A stretch of DNA of 25,007 nucleotides, from assembly GCA_002269645.1 (NCBI GenBank), contig NIVC01005140.1:1-25007 (forward strand), in the 5' to 3' direction. Within the stretch, counting starts at the first letter, position 1. Every line of letters begins with the position of its first letter. The notes under the pieces are model-generated. The model was given only the letters and a program-made list of their open reading frames with translations, searched no databases and had not been told where the DNA came from. This document shows, in pieces, positions 20,240 to 25,007 of the stretch. The stretch is from Macrostomum lignano (lineage: Eukaryota). A program made the translations under genes and the position numbers.

Positions 20240-21130
20240 ATCCAAAGCTGGAGGCGCTGTCCAAACCAATCAGCCGAAGCGCACCTACGCGGTTATGGCC
20301 AAGAGGCAGCCGGCCCTGATCATGGCGCAGGTTTGACTGCCACCTGGTCAAGATGGCCCTGAGCGGTACAGTGCTTCAACACCTGAAGACGAACGTCGTC
20401 TAGGACCAGGCCGTCCACATACAGCCCGCCGACAGCCAGCAGTCTGGGCAGCAGCTCCTCCAGATGCTGAAGCCTTCGACTGGGGTGCGGAGTTGGGTAA
20501 CCGGTTTATCTACAGGGAGGACAAGCGACCCAGGACACACCGGCCCCGAGCCTGGATTCCGGCTCACAGCGCCATCACCAACGAGCTGCGCCGCCAAGCA
20601 ATTCAGACCTGCCCGTAAATGGCGTCGTGGCTCACGAGACCATCTCCAAGCCGGGCGGAGACGGCCTCACGGCCATCCTCTGACTGTCGGATAGCTGGAT
20701 GCTCCGCTATCCGGACATGTCCCAATTATCTCTGCCCATCCTCCGTCCACCGCACCCTGAGAAGCGTAAGCGAGAAAGCGTGACAGCTCGTGACAAGCAT
20801 CCGGCGCTTGGATCCCTCCATCGCAAGGCAAAGTGTCTCCAACGGAAAGCTCGCAAGAGCAAGGACCTGACTGACCTGGTCGCCTATCAAGACGTGATTT
20901 GCGACTTTTAAAGCGACTATGAGGAAAAGCAAGTCTGAAAGGTGGCGCCAATACTGCCCGGAGTTACATGTATGAGAAGGCACCCGCACTACTTCACGCG
21001 TGGTCAAGGCAAAATGTCAAAGCCCTTATTCATTAAAAGACAGGAGGGCCAGCTGGCTGACAACCCCGAGGAATCGCTGGACATCATGCCCACCAGCTCA
21101 TGTCCACGTGCCGCACCGCAGCAAAGCCCA
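20240..21130 (+). pseudogene. Decayed non-LTR retrotransposon ORF2 fragment (end of AP endonuclease and linker before RT), R1/LOA/I-group-like
   Basis: Pieces lie in shifting frames: KWRRGSRDHL (W...SDH-like endonuclease end), RKAKCLQRKARKSKDLTDLVAYQ-...-KATMRKSKSERWRQYC (linker consensus K..IR.AK..SW..FC) and KRQEGQLADNPEESLDIM (L..PDG.WT.SPEETL.LL). Multiple stops and frameshifts. Confidence 0.62.
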
Positions 21131-21530
21131 TGTGGGATCACTCTCAGGGTGGACAGATCCTGGCTTCGACTATCATCACTAACAGTTAGAATATTGCATT
21201 TTTGTAAAATAATCAAATGAGATAAATTAGGCGGATTAAGTTGAGGAGCACAAGGCTAATCGGGATTTCTTTCCTCTATGGGACAGAAAAGGATCTGGGA
21301 CGAAGTATTGAAAATTAAAAAGTTACTACTCTACCCGCCAGTGAGCAATTTCTTTTGGACAATTCTGAAATAAAAGATACGAGAAAACTGATCGGGTTAG
21401 CTTTAATCCGTCCAACACCGCTCCCCCACTTCATTCCTCAACTCAAGTCTGTCGCGGCGTAGCTGAGTTGCGTCACTCGCAATGATTGAGAGACTATTCT
21501 TTGAAACCATTTCTTTGTTTTTTATATGTA

Positions 21531-22457
21531 AGGGCTGTCCCAAAAGTAGTGTTACTTTTCACTATATCTCTCGTTCTGCTGATTCAAATAACATCATTTT
21601 GCACATATTTATAGCGGCAACTCTCTTCTTTTTATGTATAAGATATTCCATGGGTTTGAGGTCGGTATGTGATTAAATCCCGATTTAATACCGATTAAAT
21701 CCCGACCGAAAAACACATAGAATATCTTATTTAAACTACTTTAATCTTTCAGGATGTATTCAGATAAATCCCGGAGCCATACTTGTATGTCTATGGTGGG
21801 GGCGAAGCCCCTGCTGGGGGTGTGGGGACGAAGCATTAAGAAATTTCTCGAGTCACGAAGGAAGAGAAGAGAGAAGCTCGTTTATTTAGATACATACAAT
21901 AATCCTTGCAATATGTCCGGGAAAGTGATCGATTAAATCCCGCAAAATAACATCTATGTCAATAAACCTCCCTGAAAGTGAGCTTTAAAGTGGTTTAAAA
22001 AGCAATAAAGCTGAAGCCCCTGTTTGAAATATTCTGTTGCTTTAAAAGCTATATGCTTCTCCAAGTTTCTCCATAGATATGTATACATGTATACCGATAA
22101 ATTACCATAGAAGTTGTTGTTCCTCGGGAAAAGGATGAGACTGCGAAAGAGGCGAGAAATGCACTTTCTGTAGGTTAACTCTTTGTCACATGCAGCAGAT
22201 TAACAAAGAAGTCTGAGTTCATTCAATCAAAAGTACTTTCGCTACTTTCCGCTAGCTTGTCGATTTACTGTAAGTCTATGGTCGAGGTCCTGCTACATTT
22301 TAGTTCATAACTTTTGTTTCCATTGTCTGTTTTTAATGATGTTAAAGTTAATATGAAGAAGAGGGTTGCCGCTATAAATCTGTGCAAAATGATGTTATTT
22401 GGATCAGCAGAACGAGAGATATGGTGAAAAGTAACACTACTTTTGGGACACCCCTCG
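21531..22457. mobile_element. Tc1/mariner-type MITE, ~930 bp, ~100-bp TIRs, TA TSD
   Basis: AGGGCTGTCCCAAAAGTAGTGTTACTTTTCACTATATCTCTCGTTCTGCTGA...TTTATAGCGGCAAC (21531-~21622) is mirrored at ~22348-22457 (...TTTTGGGACACCCCTCG). TA at 21529-21530 and 22458-22459. The (TA)CGAGGGGTGTCC end is mariner-like. Confidence 0.88.
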
Positions 22458-22851
22458 TACTAGCAACTAGCTTTCAGTTGTAATCTCCTCACCACTATAG
22501 CGTGTGGGATTGATTTTGTCTATAGTTAAACCTATAGTCTACTTGTAAATGGATTAAAATAGAATCAATTATATGAATGTTTACAATACTCGAAGATCGC
22601 TTCTGTTGGTCTATGGTTGTTGACTTTGCATGTCTAGCTTAATACAATAAAAATATCACTTATATAATCTGTGATCTCTAAGTAAAAAAATCAATTAAGT
22701 GTGGCTTATACGAAAGCTGTGAGAAAAACAACAGAACCAGTGTCTTTAATTTGTTTTAATAACCGCGGTATGGCGCGCATCGAGGTCTACAGGCCAGTTG
22801 TATTCTTCTAGTAATATTTGCAACGCTCTCAGAAGCCTGCTATAGAGGTAG

Positions 22852-25007
22852 GTTGTTGTTGTTGTTGTTGCTGATGTCTAGCAGTTTTCCGGTGGTTTCC
22901 TCTTCCACCACTCCCACACCTTCAGCGCTTCCTCCGCATTCGTGTGGACCTCGCTCAGGATCCCGCTCCTCCATCCCCTCCAGCAGCTGTCCAGGACCGG
23001 GCAGGCCACCACGTGCTCGATGGTCTCCTCTTCCATACCACAATGCCTGCACTTCCCTTCCTGCTGCAGCCCGATCCTCTTCCTAAACGCCGCCAACTCC
23101 AGGGAGTGACCCGTGCGCCACCGTCTAAAGCTGACTTCCATTTTCCTGCTCGCGAATTCCGGCTCTTTCCTTGGCCCCTCCGATCCGCCGTACGTCTCTC
23201 TCATCCTCTCGTGCCTCCACACCTTCCTTCTACACCGTCTCCTCGCCAACCTCGCCATCGTGCTTGCCATGACTCCAATTCCTTCGCTGCTCACCTCCCG
23301 GACCGCCCGGTTAGCCCATTCGTCCGCCACTTCATTACCAACAATCCCACAGTGGCTCGGTATCCACAGCAACACCATCTCACGTCCTTCCATCTCGCTC
23401 GCTTTCCTTATGCTGCAGACAATCGGGTTCCTACTGGCCCTCTTAATGGCCTGAATCCCGCTCTTGCTGTCTGTCGCAACCACAGCTTTTTGCCAGTTGT
23501 TGTTTGCCTCCAGCCACTCGATAGCGAACGCGTACAGCTCCGCCTGCATCGAGGACGCAAGCTGTCCGCCGGCCACCATACGCTTCTCGATCACCTCGCC
23601 GCTATCATGCCTCAACACCACCACGCTTCCGCCTCCTTTGCCTTCCTTGTCAACCGAACCATCCGTGAAGATTAGTATGTCCGCTTCGTCGCCAGCCGCT
23701 CTTAACCTTCTCTCTCCCATCTTCCTGCATTCCTCCTCCGTGTCTGGCCTTCCTCCCCCGTCATCGAACGTCACGTGCCGCAGCTTGATCCACGGTGGTT
23801 CCCTTTCCGCCTCCGACAGCCTCGGCAGGTCGACCTCCCATTCTAGCATGTACCTGCGCGCCCAGGTCCTCCAGCTTTCCCTTCTGAGCCTGCAGGCCGG
23901 TCCTTCAGACGCAAGCTTCCATCTAATCGAACCCACCTTCGCTCTCAGCAGGCTGTCCATCTTCCTCACCACCCGCCATCTGGCCAGCGCCTCCAGCTCC
24001 TCCGTGCCCGACTCTTCTCTGACTCCGTCGATGGGGGTCGTGGCGAGCAGCCCACCTATAATTCTGGTTGCCCTCCGCTGCGTCACCTCTAGCTTGCGCC
24101 AGCACGCTCTGCTGATCCATGGCATCCAGGCCGTGGCCCCATACATGATTTTACTCTCGATGAGGGCCACGTACGTCTGCCTGAGGAGCCCGCTTCTCCA
24201 TCCCCAGTCGCTACCGGCCAGTCGTCTCATCATCTGGATTCTGCTTTTACAAGCTTGAGCCACCTCTTGCACGTGCTTAGCAAAGTTCAGCCTCCTGTCG
24301 TAGGTCACTCCTAGGAACCTGGGGTGAGGTACCCACTCCATATCTTCTCCGTTGATTCTTATGTTGATCCGCTTCGGCTCCTTGCACTTGCTACTCAACC
24401 CGAACAAGGTGAGCGTGCACTTCTTGGCCGCTATCGGCAATCTCCATTGCGTACTCCACTCCTGCACCACCTCGACCGCCTGCTTGATGCTGCTGGCCGC
24501 TACCTCCTCGTCTTTGCTACACGACCAGCACGCTAGGTCATCCGCGAATCCGCTCACCTCCATGTTCGGCATTCCCTCAATCCTCCGCACCAGATCGTTA
24601 ATAAAGATGATAAACAGGATCGGCGACAGCACCGATCCCTGCGGCAGTCCCTGCCTCATAACCACGCCAGCGCTGTCTCTATCTTGGCTACCTCACTCTG
24701 GCCATTCGGTTCACTAGCCAACTTCTAACCCACTTCACCAACTTCCTGCTCAGTCAAAGTTCCAGCATCTTCCAAAGCAGCCCATGCCTCCAGACTTTAT
24801 CAAAGGCCCTCTCGAAGTCAAAGAGGGCCAGCACTCCTTTCTCCCCCTTCTGGAAAGCGTCTTCCATCGCTTGCGTCAGCCTCAGTAGCTGGTCCTCGGT
24901 GGATCTGCCAGCTCTGAAACCGGCTTGGCTGTCGCTTAGCAGTGCCTTGTCTTCCAGATGGTATTGTATTCTCTTCGACAGGATTCTCTCCATCCACTTC
25001 CCGAGGC
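22852..25007 (-). mobile_element. 3' portion of an RNase H-encoding LINE (I group, Ingi-like): RT, RNase H, C-terminal Cys/His knuckle and (CAA)n tail; continues beyond the window
   Basis: RT motifs QAGFRAGRSTEDQL, LFDFERAFDKVW, GLPQGSVLSPILF, FADDL and FLGVTYD. RNase H motifs IFTDGS, QAEL, TDSKS and WIPSHCGIVGNEVADEWA. C-terminal CRHCGMEEETIEHVVAC. TAG at 22880-22878, then an (AAC)6 tail at 22869-22852. Disabled by an in-frame TGA (24756-24754, Gly expected) and a frameshift near 24693. Confidence 0.95.

Noticed and set aside
21228-21412. Degenerate inverted repeat GGCGGATTAA...TTAATCCGTCC
   Set aside because: It is too short and interrupted, and has no TSD, so it cannot be supported as a discrete element.
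22853-24717. Plus-strand ORFs up to 264 aa
   Set aside because: They are antisense to the LINE ORF2 and contain no recognisable motifs.

Overview
This is eukaryotic (probably invertebrate metazoan) nuclear DNA with GT-AG introns, GC-rich exons, AT-rich spacers and dense transposable-element (TE) content. A flatworm such as Macrostomum is only a guess from sequence style. Three host genes can be reconstructed. UTP23 (2 exons, 4400-2720) and C1D/Rrp47 (2 exons, 1154-110) are adjacent ribosome-biogenesis genes on the minus strand. Together they carry four frameshifts, each repaired by adding one G to a G-run, most likely consensus errors. The third is a two-exon gene for a small secreted protein made of one WSC domain (14605-19733, plus strand). 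The rest is micro/minisatellites, two tRNA-derived SINE-like copies, at least seven non-autonomous DNA-transposon insertions (several nested, most with visible target-site duplications, TSDs), a probable LTR with a degenerate primer-binding site, a decayed LINE, and the 3' part of a nearly intact RNase H-encoding LINE running off the right edge. I see no unambiguous new biological system. The best leads are: a 4-kb transposon inserted inside the polypyrimidine tract of the WSC gene's 3' splice site, whose end supplies a replacement T-tract; the operon-like UTP23-C1D pair; a triple-nested fold-back element with exon-like cargo; and a 121-bp palindrome built from CCAAT boxes around GTCACGTGAC. 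All alignments and family assignments were made by eye or from memory; no database search was run.
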